Made by a program: the position numbers and the translations under genes. Of a stretch of 64,000 bases of DNA, positions 49,101 to 62,151 are shown one piece after another. The stretch spans positions 74,586,001 through 74,650,000 of the forward strand of contig CM059432.1 of assembly GCA_030390025.1 (NCBI GenBank), written 5' to 3'. The notes beneath the pieces were generated by a model. The model was not told the DNA's origin and searched no databases. It was given only the letters and a program-made list of their open reading frames with translations. Origin of the DNA: Squalus acanthias. Its lineage: Eukaryota. The stretch's first letter is position 1, and each line of letters opens with the position of its first letter.

Positions 49101-50466
49101 CCACCCCGGCGCCCGCGCATCCATCAAAATGGTAGCCAACCGCTTTGTCTGGCGCGGCCTTCGCAAGGATGTGCGTACTTGGGCCAACTCCTGCCTAGCC
49201 TGCCAACGGGCCAAGGTGCAGCAACACACGAAAGCACCCCTCGAGGAGTTTACCGTCCCTTCGCGGAGATTTGACCACATCCACGTGGACATCGTCGGGC
49301 CCCTGCCGCCGTCGCAAGGCCACACGCACTTGCTGACGATCGTTGACCGCACCACGCGCTGGCCCGAGGCAATTCCACTGACGTCTACCACCACCGCCGA
49401 CATCGCCAGAGCCTTCGTCAGCACCTGGATCGCATGGTTCGGCGTCCCCTCCAACATGACGTCGGACAGAGGTCCGCAATTTACCTCTGAACTCTGGACC
49501 GCCGTCGCACGCAATCTCGGGGTGACCATTCACCACACCACAGCGTACCACCCCCAAGCCAACGGACTGTGTGAGCGATTCCACAGATCCTTGAAGGCAT
49601 CTCTTCGAGCCAGCCTCCAGGACGGCGCCTGGACCGACCGACTTCCGTGGATCCTCCTCGGCCTGCGCATAGCGGTTAAAGAAGACCTCCACGCATCAGC
49701 AGCAGAGCTCGTGTACGGTCAGCCGCTGCGCGTACCCGGCGAGTTCCTGCCCACCGCCACGACACCCTGGTCAGCCGACCAGCAACGCCACAACTTCGCC
49801 TCACCGGCGCTACAGTTTGCCCCGGTGCCCATTGCCCGACATGGCGAATCCACCTCACACTTCCCACTAAGCCTGCACCAGGCACGGTTCATTTTAGTCC
49901 GGCACGACGCCCACCGCGGACCCCTTCAACCCCCGTACGACGGGCCCTACAAGGTGCTACAGGCTGGGGACAAATTTTTCACCCTGCAAGTGGGCGACAG
50001 GACCGAAAAAGTGTCGGTTGACCGACTCAAGCCAGCACACTCGGAGCCCGGTGAGCAGGTCCCTGTAGCTCGTCCACCGCCACGCGGCCGACCTGCCCTC
50101 AAGCCGGTTCACCCGGCTGCTCCGCGCCCGGCCTTTCCACGTCCACCGGCGTCCTACAAGAGCCGCTCCGGCCGGCCCATCAGACCGCCGCACCGTCTCG
50201 TCCACACCTCCTAAGCGGATTCTGGGGGGAGCTGTGTGGCGGATCGCCACCTAAACGGGCGCAATCCACTTTTCCGTCCGTGAACAATAAATCGGGCACC
50301 TTGCCTTTAAGGCACCTTGCCTTTAAGGCAGGAGAAAAGGATTGGCCGTGGCCTCAGAGTTTTCAGTCAGTTGGTTAGCAGCCATTTTACCAGGCAGATG
50401 TGATTAAAAGCTTTGCGTTCCACACATGGACTCGGCCTTAATTCGTGTTTCGCGGCAGCCACAACA
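46130..50466 (+). mobile_element. Complete Ty3/Gypsy LTR retrotransposon, CsRn1-like
   Basis: 232-bp LTRs (46130-46361 and 50235-50466); TSD AAAC; tRNA-Trp PBS TGGTGACCCCGACG at 46363-46376; PPT GGGGGGAG; inserted in a CR1 fragment. Confidence 0.95.
46402..50214 (+). pseudogene. gag-pol: Gag-PR-RT-RH-IN polyprotein with one in-frame TAG at 48007-48009
   Basis: KLPEFW; CHCC motif CYYH...C...C; DTG; YLDD; TDAS; integrase HHCC and D,D,E; GPY; the two track ORFs share one frame. Confidence 0.95.
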
Positions 50467-51075
50467 AAACAATGAATGCTTGTTAGAGGAGTTATATTAG
50501 GGTGGGAGGAAGTACTGAATGGGTTGTCCCAGAGCTTGGTGTTGGGACCACTACTGTTTCTCATTTACATAAATGACCCAGGCTCAGAAATTCAATGAAA
50601 AGTGGTCAAATTCGATGATGATACCAAACTGGGAGGGGCAGTGGAATTGGCTAGAAGCAGCAGAAAAATTTCAGAGTGAGTTGGATAAAATAAGTATGTG
50701 GGCAGAGCACTGGCAGATGAACTTAAATGTGGACAAGTGTAAAGCAGTAGTAGGGAAAATGCTAGAATCTATTATTAGGGACGTGGTGACAAGGCACTTA
50801 GAAAATCAAAATCTGATTGGGCGGAACCAACATGGATTTATGAATGGAAAATCATGTTTGACAAATCTGTTAGAGTTTTTTGAGTTGTAACTCATAGGGG
50901 AGATAAGGGGAAACCAGTGGATGTAGTGTATTTGAATTTTCATAAAGCAATCGATAAGGTGCCACACAAGAGGTTATTATACAAGATTAGGGCTTATGGG
51001 ATTGGGGTAATATATAAGCATGGATTGAGGATTGGTTAATGGACAGAAAATAGAGAGTAGGAATAAACGACATTT
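50467..51075 (+). mobile_element. CR1 RT fragments
   Basis: KFDDDTKLG and QHGFMNGKSCLTNLLEFF. Confidence 0.8.
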
Positions 51076-52833
51076 CCAGCCTCATTATAATATTTAAATA
51101 GACGACCCGCCTCCTAGCAGTGGATTGGATGCCTGCCCCCATCCCACCTCCGTTAAAACCAGAAGTGGGCGGGTTGGAGGCGGGTTCAGGTCGGGATTCA
51201 GATTTTTAACACTTTTAACTACCCACATGCCCCCAACTCACCCATTTTTTAGGTTAAAATTCCCCTTAATAAGTCAGAGGAGGGAATGATCAACTGTTTA
51301 GTTCTCTGGTCAGACCACACCTTCAACAAGGGAGACATTCATGCCCTGAAGGAGATGCAGGGAAGAACCAAGAGGCTGAATGCTAGTGTTAGGAAATGAA
51401 CCAAGACGAAAACTGGAAAAACCTGGGCTTTTCAATCTGGAAAGGATGTGTTTGAGGGGTGAACTTACAGAGTTATTTAAGCTAGGACAAATGGTCACAG
51501 GTTTAAACTAATAAAAGGTACCTTTAGGACCGATATTAAGAATTCTTCTTTACACAGAGAGTGATCAATGCATGGAATGGAGTTCTGAACACAGTAATGG
51601 AGTCAAAAACCTCGGATGCATTTAAGAAACAACTAGATGCAGCAATGGTGGGGAGGGGACTGTATATTACTACGGAATGACACAGAGAGCGATGGGGCAA
51701 GAGAGCAGCATGGGCTCAGCGTGAGAGAGAGAAGCACAAATACACAGAGAAAGATAAATAGAGGCAAAGAATGGGATAAAAGGACATTTAAACATAGTGA
51801 TAGACAGAAAATCACAGATCCGCACAGGGATAGAGAGAGTAAAATCATACACACAAGGATAGGGAGAGAGAGAGACAGCAAAAACATACTAAGCTAGAGA
51901 GTAGAAAACAACAGATACATAGCTATAGCGGAAGAGAAGCGAACAACTACACATAGGAATACCTATGTGTAGGGAGAGTGGAGAATCATACTCACACACA
52001 TCTCAGATTGCTTTTAGTCATTTACTGTCGGATGGATTTGTGTGAGTGAGTCACCCATATGGATCTGCTTACAGAATATGAAAATGAAATTATTTTGCTC
52101 CAGAGCTTCAAGATCTTTCTCTACCAGACTTGGATGTGCCTACCATTGCTCACGCAAAACTCCACTGGAGAAACACAGCTTCTGTTCGGAATGAGTGCTG
52201 GTTGTTGCTTAGACTCTAGCAGTTTGACAATAATTGAAGTAAGACTAACTGACTTATAATCTCCTGTCTTATCCTGTCCTTTAATGAAGAGAAGGGGCAC
52301 ATTTGCCGTTGTTCATTCCTCTGGCGCAATTTTCCTTTCCAATTTATTTCGGAAAATTATAGTCAAAGCCTTTGCTATTTCTTTCCAATCTTCCCTCGGG
52401 ATCTTGGATGCAGATTATAATTTGTCTACCTTAAATTTGAGTAACTTTTTAATACCATTTCTCTTTGAATAATAACCTCCAACTATTGTTCTACACCGAC
52501 CTCTGGTGGTTCTACAATCCCAATATCTACCTCGTATGTGAAATCTGAGGCAAAGTACTTATTTAGCATCTCTGTAAATTGGGTGAGGTTCTTAGTGTAT
52601 GAAAGTAAACATTTCTGCAGAGCACAGAGTGGACTGCACAGAGCGGGATTAAACGGAGTGGACTTGAACAGAGTGTTTTAGTTGGGAATTTGGAAAGAGT
52701 GGGAATTTCTGGTAAGTATCGGGTAAGTAGAAGCTGTAATAAGTGAAATTTAGTTTAAGATTTTGATTTTAACCTAGAACTTAAAAAACTGTAGTTAACA
52801 GAAGCCAGTGGCAGTCAATTGTCAGTCAGCTGT

Positions 52834-54125
52834 GACTCCCACAGCTACCTGGACTACACTTCCTCCCAGCCGCCTCCTGTAAGGACTCTATTCCATTCTC
52901 CCAGTTTCTCCGTCTCCGCCGCATCTGCTCTGATGATGCCACCTTCCATACCAGTGCTTCTGACATGTCTTCCTTTTTCCTCAACCGAGGATTCCCCTCT
53001 ACCGTGGTCGACACGGCCCTCGACCGTGTCCGTTCTATCTCCCGCACTTCTGTCCTCACCCCTGCCCCTCCCTCCCGGAACCACGATAAAGTTCCCCTTG
53101 TCCTCACCTTTCACCCCACCAGCCTCCACATTCAACGGATCATCCTCCGCCATTTCCGCCACCTCCAGCGTGATCCCACCACCAAACGTATCTTCCCCTC
53201 ACCTCCCCTTTCAGCATTCCGCAGGGACCGCTCCCTCTGCGACACCCTAGTCCACTCCTCTACCACCCCCAGCACCCCTTCCCCTTCGCCTGGCACCTTC
53301 CCATGCAAGCGCAGGAGATGCAACACATGCCCTTATACCTCCCCTCTTCCCACTGTCCAGGGCCCCAAACACCCCTTCCAGGTGAAACAGCGATTTACTT
53401 GTACTTCCTGCAATTTAGTATACTGTATTCGCTGCTCACGATGTGGTCTCCTCTATATTGGGGAGAACAAACGCAGATTGGGTGACCGCTTTGCGGAACA
53501 CCTCCGTTCAGTCCGTAAGGGGGACCCCGAGCTCCCGGTCGCCTGTCACTTTAATTCACCGCTTCACTCCCACTCTGACCTCACCGTCCTCGGCCTATTA
53601 CACTGTTCCACGGAAGCGCAGCATAAGCTCGAGGAACAGCACCTCATCTTTCGTTTAGGCACGCTACAGCCCTCTGGACTCAATATCGAGTTCAACAATT
53701 TTAGATCATAACCTTAGCCCCAATCACATTTATATTTTATTTTTTCATCCACCCTTTTATTTGCCCCCCCCCCTTTTTTTTCCCTCCTAGAAGCTGGCAG
53801 CTGTCCTTCATTCTGCCAGTGGATTTCACACTTCTTTCAGCCTTAACCTGTCACATTAACACCACCTCTTGCCTTGAATATCTTTTAATGTCTCTTAATG
53901 TCTCTTAATCTCTCCTTTTGTTCTTTCATCCCCTCCCCCTTTTCCCAGCTTTATCCTTGCCTTAAATCTATTTGATTTCCGGCTGTTTCCAGTTCTGATG
54001 AAAGGTCTCGACCTGAAACGTTAACTCTGTTTCTCTCTCCACGGATGCTGCCTCGCCTGCTGAGTTTTTCCAGCGTTTTCTGTTGTTATTTCGGATTTCC
54101 AGCATCTGCAGTATTTTGCTATCGT
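52834..54125 (+). mobile_element. 5'-truncated Penelope-like element (second family), 10-bp TSD AGTCAGCTGT
   Basis: TSD copies at 52824-52833 and 54126-54135; ORF to 53711 with PCKRRRCNTC and LVY...LYIGE (GIY-YIG). Confidence 0.9.
53991..54026 (+). ncRNA. Minimal type I hammerhead ribozyme motif
   Basis: agtt-CTGATGA-a-aggt(ctcg)acct-GAAA-cgtt-aact. Confidence 0.7.
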
Positions 54126-54186
54126 AGTCAGCTGTAAGTGTTTGTCTAGATAAGGCGCTAATCACCAGGAGCAGGGGAGCTGAGCT

Positions 54187-55033
54187 GGGCAAGGAAACCT
54201 CCTGCTGATTACCACCTATCGCCCTCCCTCAGCTGATGAATCAGTACTCCTCCATGTTGAAGATCACTTGGAAGAAGCACTGAGAGTAGCAAGGGCACCG
54301 AATGTACTCTGGGTGGGGGACTTCAATGTCCTTCACCAAGAGTGGCTCGGTAGCACCACTACTGACCGAGCTGGCCAAGTCCTGAAGGACATAGCTGCCA
54401 GTTTGGGCCTGCGACAGGTGGTGAGAGAACCAACACAAGGGAAAAAGCTACTTGACCTCGTCCTCACCAATCTATCTGTCGCAGATGCATCTGTCCATGA
54501 CAGTAGTGGTAGCAGTGACCAGTGCACAGTCATTGTGGAGACGAAGTCCCGTCTTCACACTGAGGACACTCTCCATCATGTTATGTGGCACTACCACCGT
54601 GCTAAATGGGATAGATTCAGAACAGATCTAGCAGCTCAAAACTGGGCCATTAGCAGCAGCAGAAATGTATTCCACCACAATCTGTAACTTCATGGCCCGG
54701 CATATCCCTCACTCTATCATCATCTCCCAAACCCGCGACCTCTTCCACCTCAAAGGACAAGGGCAGCAGGCACATGGGAACGCCACCACCTCCAAGTTCC
54801 CCTCCAAGTCACACACCATCCTGACTTGGAAGTATATCACTGTTCCTTCATCGTCGCTGGGTCAAAATCCTGGAACTCCCTCCCTAACAGCACTGTGGGA
54901 GTACCTTCACCACACGGACTGCAGCGGTTGAAGAAGGCGGCTCACCACCACCTTCTCAAGGGCAATTACGAATGGGAAATAAATGCTGACCTTGCCAGCG
55001 ATGCCCACATCTCATGAACGAATTAAAAAAAAA
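54187..55033 (+). mobile_element. Internally deleted CR1-group LINE (APE endonuclease joined to the 3' end)
   Basis: WVGDFN, LDLVLTN and SSDQ motifs; 3' UTR and poly(A). Confidence 0.8.
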
Positions 55034-55169
55034 CTTGTAAGTTGGGTGAGGCTCCTAGTGTACAAAAGTAAACATTTCTGCAGAGCACAGAGTGGTCTGC
55101 ACAGAGCTAGATTAAATGGAGTGGACTTGAACAGAGTGTTTTATTTGGGAATTTGTAAAGATTGGGAAT

Positions 55170-56646
55170 TTCCAAAATTCCATAGATTCTAGAACGGTTC
55201 CTGCGGATTGGAAGGTAGCAAATGTAACCCCACTATTTAAGAAAGGAGGGAGAGAGAAAACGGGGAACCACAGACCAGTTAGCCTGACAGTAGTAGGGAA
55301 ATGGTAGAATGTATTATTAAGGACGTGGTAACAGGGCACTTAGAAAATAATAGTAGGATTGGGCAGAGTGAACACGGATTTATGAAAGGGAAATCGTGTT
55401 TGACAAATCTGTTAGAGTTTTTTGAGGTTGTAACTTGCAGAATAGATATGGGGGAACCAGTGGATGTGGTGTATTTGGATTTTCAGAAGGCATCCAATAA
55501 GGTGCCACACAAGAAGTTATTAAACAAAATTAGGGCTCATGGGATTGGGGGTAATATATTAGCATGGATTGAGGATTGGTAAACGCACAGAAAACAGAGA
55601 GTAGGAATAAACGGGTCATTTTCAGGTTGGCAGGCTGTAACTAGTGTGGTACCACAAGGATCAATGCTTGGACCTCAGCTATTCACAATGTACATCAATG
55701 ATTTGGATGAGGGGACCAAATGTAATATATTCAAGTTTGCTGATGATACAAAGCTGGGTGGGAATGTAAGTTGTGAGGAGGATGCAAGGAGGCTTCAAGG
55801 GGATATAGACAGGCTAAGTAAGTGGGCAAGAACATGGCAAATGGAATATAATGTGGAGAAATGTGAAGTTTGGTAGGAAAAATAGAAAAGCAGTGTATTT
55901 TTTAAATGGTGAGAGATTGGGAAATGTTGGCGTTCAGAGGGACCTTTGTGTCCTTGTACACGAATCACTGAAAGTTAACATGCAGGTACAGCAAGCAATT
56001 AGGAAAGCAAATGGTATGTTGGCCTTTATTACAAGAGGATTTGAGTATACGAGTAAAGACGTCTTACTGCAATTATATAGGGCCCTGGTGAGACCACATT
56101 TGGAGTATTGTGTACAGTTTTGGTCTCCTTACCTAAGGAAGGATATACTTGCCATAGAGGGAGTGCAACGAAGGTTCACCAGACTGATTCCTGGGATGGG
56201 GGGATTGTCATATGAGGCGAGATTGAGTAGACTAGGTCTATATTCTCTAGAGTTTAGAAGAATGAGGTGATCTCATTGAAACATACAAAATTCTTACAGG
56301 GCTTGACAGGGATGATGCAGGGAGGATGTTTCCCCTGGCTGGGGAGTCTAGAACCAGGGGTCACAGTCTCAGAATAAGGGGTCGGCCATTTAGGACTGAG
56401 ATGAGGAGAAATCTCGTCACTCAGAGGGTGGTGAATCTCTACCCCAGACGGCTGTGCAGGCTCAGTCGTTGAGTATATTCAAGACAGAGGTCGATAGATT
56501 TTTGAATATTAAGGGAATCAAGGGATTTGGGGATAGTGCAGGAAAGTGGAGATGAGGTAGAAGATTAGCCATGATCTTATTGAATGGTGGAGCAGGCTCG
56601 AACAGCCAAATGGCCTACTCCTGCTCCTATTTCTTATGTTCTTATG
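55170..56646 (+). mobile_element. CR1 LINE RT and 3' end
   Basis: GKSCLTNL, VPQGS, KFADDTK and RPHLEYCVQFWSP; tail ttcttatgttcttatg. Confidence 0.9.
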
Positions 56647-56954
56647 TCATTCCCCTATTCTTCATTGCAAGCTCGCTACCTTCACCTCTTAGCTGTTCTA
56701 CCCTTATCTTGACTATGCTCTTACTACTAATGTGTCTATGGAAAGCCTTTTTATTGCGTTTTATGTTGTTTGCTAATTTTTTCATACCTTCTTTTAGCCA
56801 TTCTAATGTTCCTTTTTGTAGCTTTCCTACAGTTTTATTTGCCTTGGCTTTCATTTTTATTATCGCCCTGTAAGCACTAAATGCTCCTTTGTGTAGTTTC
56901 AAGTTTGATTTAATCTCCCTAATAATCCACGGAACTCAGTCTTCAATACACCCT

Positions 56955-57365
56955 ATCCACCACCTTTAACATTCACTCCCTCCACCGCCGGCGTACCGTG
57001 GCTGCAGTGTGTACCATCTACAAGATGCACTACAGCAACTCGCCAAGGCTTCTTCGGCAGCACCTCCCAAACCCGCGACCTCTACTGCCTAGAAGGACAA
57101 GGGCAGCAGGCACATGGGAACACCATCACCTGCAAGTTCCCCTCCATCCTGACTTGGAAATATATCGCCGTTCCTTCATCGTCGCTGGGTCAAAATCCTG
57201 GAACTCCCTCCCTAACCGCACTGTGGGATTACCTTCACCTCACGGACTGCAGTGGTTCAAGAAGGCAGCTCACCATCACCTTCTCAAGGGCAACTGGGGA
57301 TGGGCAATAAATGCTGGCGTTGCCAGTGATGCCCACATCCCAGGAGCGAATAAATTAAAAAAAAC
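56955..57365 (+). mobile_element. CR1-group LINE 3' end
   Basis: Same 3' UTR as 54730-55033; poly(A). Confidence 0.8.
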
Positions 57366-59214
57366 TTTTTTTATACTAACTGGAATATACTTGCTTTGCA
57401 CCCTTTCCATCTCTTGCTTAAATATTTCTCATCAATGAGCTATGATTCTATTTACCAATTTTTCCTTCTTTTTACTCTGGGCAAGGTCCTTCTTTATCTT
57501 GCTGCAATTTGCTTTTTTAAGTTAAATACCCTTGTCCTCAACTTTTCTTTTTCCTATTCTAGTCTTAATCTGAAACTAATTATATTATGGTCACTGCTTC
57601 CCAAGGGGTCCCCTACTTTTAGATCACCTATTTGCTGAGCTTCATTACACAAAGCCCGGTCAGGTAGTGCTTCTCTCTTTATTGGGAGGAAGACCAGCTA
57701 AACATGTGTCTTTTTGGCTGGCAATTTTAGTGAGTTCCAGCAGTTTTAAACTCATCCTGCAGACAACTGCAGGAGATCAGCATTTCAGGAATCAGTGGCC
57801 CTTCTGTGGATCTTGTGCAATGTAAAAGCAATTTAAGTTAAATAGCCTGCTCACAGTGCTGTCTTTTAGCATTTGAAAGACTTAGATGATATTCCCTCAA
57901 TTTTTTTTACAGCAATGAAAACAAACTCATTTCTATGAATCGCTCCTCACAATATGCCAGGATTCTTCTCCCAGCAGCAGTGTTTTGGTGGGGTGGGACT
58001 TTCTCCTGCCCCTCCGACACCAATGCAACCCCGACCCAGTTTCCTGGGTCTGCGTTCATTCGGTATGCATGGAGGGCTCCCGATGGGATTCCCGTCGCAA
58101 AGCGGTTGCCAGCCATTGCCCAGCTGCACAATCTTGGTGCTGCAACAGTGGGACCACCACTGCAGCATGAGAGGGGGCGGCCGGGCAGTTAAAGTGGCAG
58201 AAACATCCCAAAGAATAGCACATTGGCTACATTGTAGACCTGGGCGGAGACCGAGGCCGACCAAGCAAGCTAAGTGGGGGCCAGACTGGAGGCAGAGGAG
58301 GCTGCTACCAGGCTCCATTGGCAGTAGCAACAGTGTAGATGAAAGAAAACGCTACTTTCAGAAGTAACATTTTCTATCCAACTGAATTTAAGGTTTTTGG
58401 TCACAAATTTAAGAAGAAATGTTTTACAGCTTGGACCTGAGAATTGGATGTTCTGAAGGTCGACTTGTTTGTTCCTTTACAGCTAGTCCCAACTAACTGC
58501 AGTTTATTCACATCCCCACACTTTCTAATGTATTAACATTATTACCACAAGGGAAATGCCTGTCTCACCTTTCTCACCCTAAAGAATCATGGAATCATTA
58601 CTTCCTATCATCTACTTTTGATAACCTGATTAACACATTCAATATGAGATTTGCAGTTAAAAAAAGTAAAGACATGTCACAGAGCCTGCAGCTGTGTTGC
58701 CAGCCTACTCCACATCTTCTGTGATCTCCTAAATTCCAGCTATGCTTGGCTTCAATTGCTAGGTGGGCCAAGAATTGCAATTGATCTTAATCCCTTCGCC
58801 TTAATTACTGAGTCTCCTAAGGATATACACTTAGATCGTGGGATAGGCCAACTCATTGACTTTTACTAAACACTATCCCAACCTTCTGGTGCTAGGCAAG
58901 GCTGCCATTGTGTTCTGCAAGGATCCAAATCCTCTGGAGCATTGCCCAATCAGAACAGATATTGCATTCCCTTTGTTTTTATCAGGTTTGCCATAGCCTG
59001 GAAGGAGGTTCTGATGAAAAGTACACACCCACAATGTCATAACCTGTCTTTTCTCTTTACAGATGTTGATTGAACTGCTGTGTATATCCAACATTTTCTG
59101 TTGTTATTTTACCCGGGAGGAGGCTTCCTCTGTATACTATTTGTAGTGAAATCGTAAACACATACATTATACACATTTACGATTTCACCAGAAATAGCAG
59201 ACAGAGCAAATCTT

Positions 59215-59340
59215 GATTTTTGATGAAAGGTCATCGACCTGAAACATTAACTTGGTTTCTGCTCATTGATCCAATGAGTGTTTCCAACATTTTCTGTTTT
59301 TATTTCAGATTTCCAGAGTCCGCAGTATTTTGCTTTTGTT
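59215..59340 (+). mobile_element. Penelope 3' end remnant
   Basis: Homologous to 53990-54120. Confidence 0.65.
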
Positions 59341-60719
59341 TTCTTTTTCCTGCTAGCTCCTTGTAATCTCTGTAAGGAAACCTAGAAGAACTAATTCTTT
59401 TGTTGTATCCCTAGCACTATCGCTTATCAGTTCTGACTTGCTTATTGTTATTATTTACGGAGGGTGTTTTTTTCCACCCATGCATACTCCTGCCTGCTAT
59501 GATACAACCTATTTGACGTTCTGTTTCTCTGTGTATGATTCCTGTTTATACATATTACAAACACAACCTGAGCTGCAAAATCTCAGTCAGCTTTGTAATG
59601 GCAGAGCCTCCGCCCAGCCCTCAGAAGGCCAAACATGTCAGAGGGAATGGAGCAAGGGACAGCCTAAGTCAGGGGTTCCTGCTTCCCCAGCCCGCAAAGT
59701 AACCACATAAGAATGGAGGCTGGTACACTGAGTCAGATTCCGTGTAATGACCTCCAGAAGAGTAAACCGAGCCCCAGGGGGAGTGGAGAAGGGTCCAGGC
59801 CTGGAAATCAGCCTGGATCCCCAAAGATCAGTACAATTAAAAAAAGCCGGGAGAGCCTATATGGGATCTATGGGATTTCTGGCAGCAGGAGGCAAGCAGG
59901 CATCTGTAGCAGCATGGAATCCCGCTAGCCCCACGTAACTCCAATTGGATCAGCGCTGGAGGGTGCCATTGGGTACGACTCAGGCATAACTGTCGGGATC
60001 ACGGTATGCCCAGTTTTGGGGGCTTAAATTTTATTGGAATGTGTAACTGTCATAAATCGCAAGTAACAACTCAGGAAGTACTACTGGGTGGCCAGCTGGG
60101 GCGCCGTCCAGGGAGTATAAATACCCAGGCATGGGCCCACCTTGGGCAGAGACAATCTGGAAACAGGAAGCTAGTGACTGCTAACTAGACCTCCATGTTT
60201 TGTTACAAGTTGATTAAAGCCTTGCTTTATGTTCAAGTGCGTAGTGAGTCTTTATTACGTCAGTAACTAAATGTGAATACATTGCGAATCAACATACACA
60301 ATCCAGTGGATTTTTGTTGACTGTTATTAAAGGTACGAAAGCCAAAAATGAGTGTTGCACAGGGGTGGGCACACATCATTTGTTGGAACAAAATCCTGAA
60401 GCTCTCGTGCAAAACTGTATTTTATTTTTTCATATTTTTTAAGCACATGTTGCTCGCACATCATTGTTGAAATAAACATAAGCAAAATCAACAACTCTGA
60501 AAACTTCTTTTTACAACTGATTCACCAAAAAAACCTCTCAACCTCTCACGTACCTGTGATTAAAGATACCGATACTGGTGAGCCTGAAGAAAACAGTCTC
60601 TCACCTCTTTTGTGAGCCTCTCTCCCTCACCTCCCCTTCTGTATTTCTCTTTCACTTTCCCTATTGTGATCTCCCTCTCTTCCCTTTCATGTTTTTCTCT
60701 CTTTCTCTCTATATAGGCC

Positions 60720-60980
60720 AAGAAAGTACTTGCATTTATATAACACCGGTAGAACTCCCTCTGCTCTTCTTTGAATCTTCAGTGTCATGGAATTTTTTTT
60801 ACCTCCACCTGAGACGGCAGGTTTAATGTTTCATTTTAAAGACGGCACCTTAAACAGTGCAGCATTCTCCCAGTACTTCACTGAAGTGTCAGGCTTGATT
60901 GTGTGCTCAAGTCTCTGGAGTGGGGCTTGAACCCACAACCTTCAACCTCAGAGGCAAGAATGCTACCACTAATCCAAGCT
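60720..60980 (-). mobile_element. SINE (family of 482-905), internally deleted
   Basis: Head and tail similarity. Confidence 0.7.
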
Positions 60981-60984
60981 GCCC

Positions 60985-61600
60985 CCTATCTAGCTCTCAC
61001 TTTCCATTCTCACTTATCTCCTTCCTTTCTGTGTCTCTCAAATTCAGCCCTTCTGTATTGGTTTCTGTCTTGCTCTGCTCCTTTTCTTCCCTCTCTGCTC
61101 TGTCCCTTCTATTTCTCTTTGCCTTTTGTCTCTCTTCCCCTCTTCCCTTCTGTGTCTCTCACCTTCTTTCTTCTGTGTGTCTCTCTCTCTACTCTTTCTT
61201 TAAGTATTTCTCTCCACTCTTTCCCTACTATCTTTCACCCCCTTCATTTGTGTCCCTCAACTCGTTTCTTTCTTGTGTCTCTACCTACTCAATCTCTTCT
61301 ATTTCTCTTCATTATCAGTTTGTCTCCACCTGTTCCTTCTGTGCTGTCCCTCTTTCCTTTTTCTCTCTCCTCTCTTCTGTTTCGTTTTGCCTCCTCATAG
61401 TTTCTCTCCTTCCCCTCTTCTCTCTGGTTTGCTCCCCCTCTCTTTGCCTCTACCCTCTTTGCACTTTATCTCTCTCTGGTTTGCTCTCTCTCTATCCTTT
61501 CTGGTTCATGTACTTATCTTTTCTGGATTACTCTTTATGATTTGCTCTCACTCTCTCCCCCTCCTTCTGGTTCACATTTCTGATCACTAACCTCTCTCCC
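60985..61600. repeat. CT-rich low-complexity tract
   Basis: Polypyrimidine composition. Confidence 0.9.
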
Positions 61601-61817
61601 ATTTCTAGTTCACATTCGCTGAAACAGTCTAGAATGTTGTTTAGAGTGGCCACTAAAACAGGGTGATGCAAACAGCACTGCTGCCACAAGACAGGGCTAA
61701 CGACATTTGTGAAGTTGGAAATAGTGGGGATTTAAAAATAAACACACCTCACAGCTGTGCTGAAGAGACGGAATTGTCCGAATAATAGAAAATACAGCCA
61801 AGCAAAAAGACACACTT

Positions 61818-61996
61818 GGGGCAATTTTAACCTAATCTAACCTTCCCATCGGGAAACTGATAGGGATCAGATGCAAGGCTGATTTTACACCCCTCTCCAT
61901 TGAAGTCAGTTGAGAGTAACATTGGGTGGGGTTTGAATCCAGTGTTCCACCCGATCCCATGGGTTTCCCGCCTAACAAGTTAGGTTAAACGTCCCC
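61818..61996. mobile_element. Palindromic MITE
   Basis: GGGGCAATTTTAACCTAA and TTAGGTTAAACGTCCCC ends with internal inverted arms. Confidence 0.7.
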
Positions 61997-62151
61997 TCAC
62001 AGTTCTTCTCGCTGCCGGTATCATTCCAGTTGAGTTGATTTTTTAAAGGGAACTCACCCATGCCACAAAAATCACATGTCAAAGTTGCTTCTCAAAATAA
62101 ATGCCAATTTGCGACATGATGCCCACTCACCCATTGGTGTTAAATCATTAA

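Noticed and set aside
46530-50250. Many overlapping and antisense ORFs within the Gypsy, Penelope and ERV elements
   Set aside because: Shadow frames of GC-rich coding sequence
60899-61590. Hydrophobic multi-TM-looking ORFs
   Set aside because: Artefact of CT-rich low complexity; the charged ORF at 1314-1574 is the same artefact from GA-rich DNA
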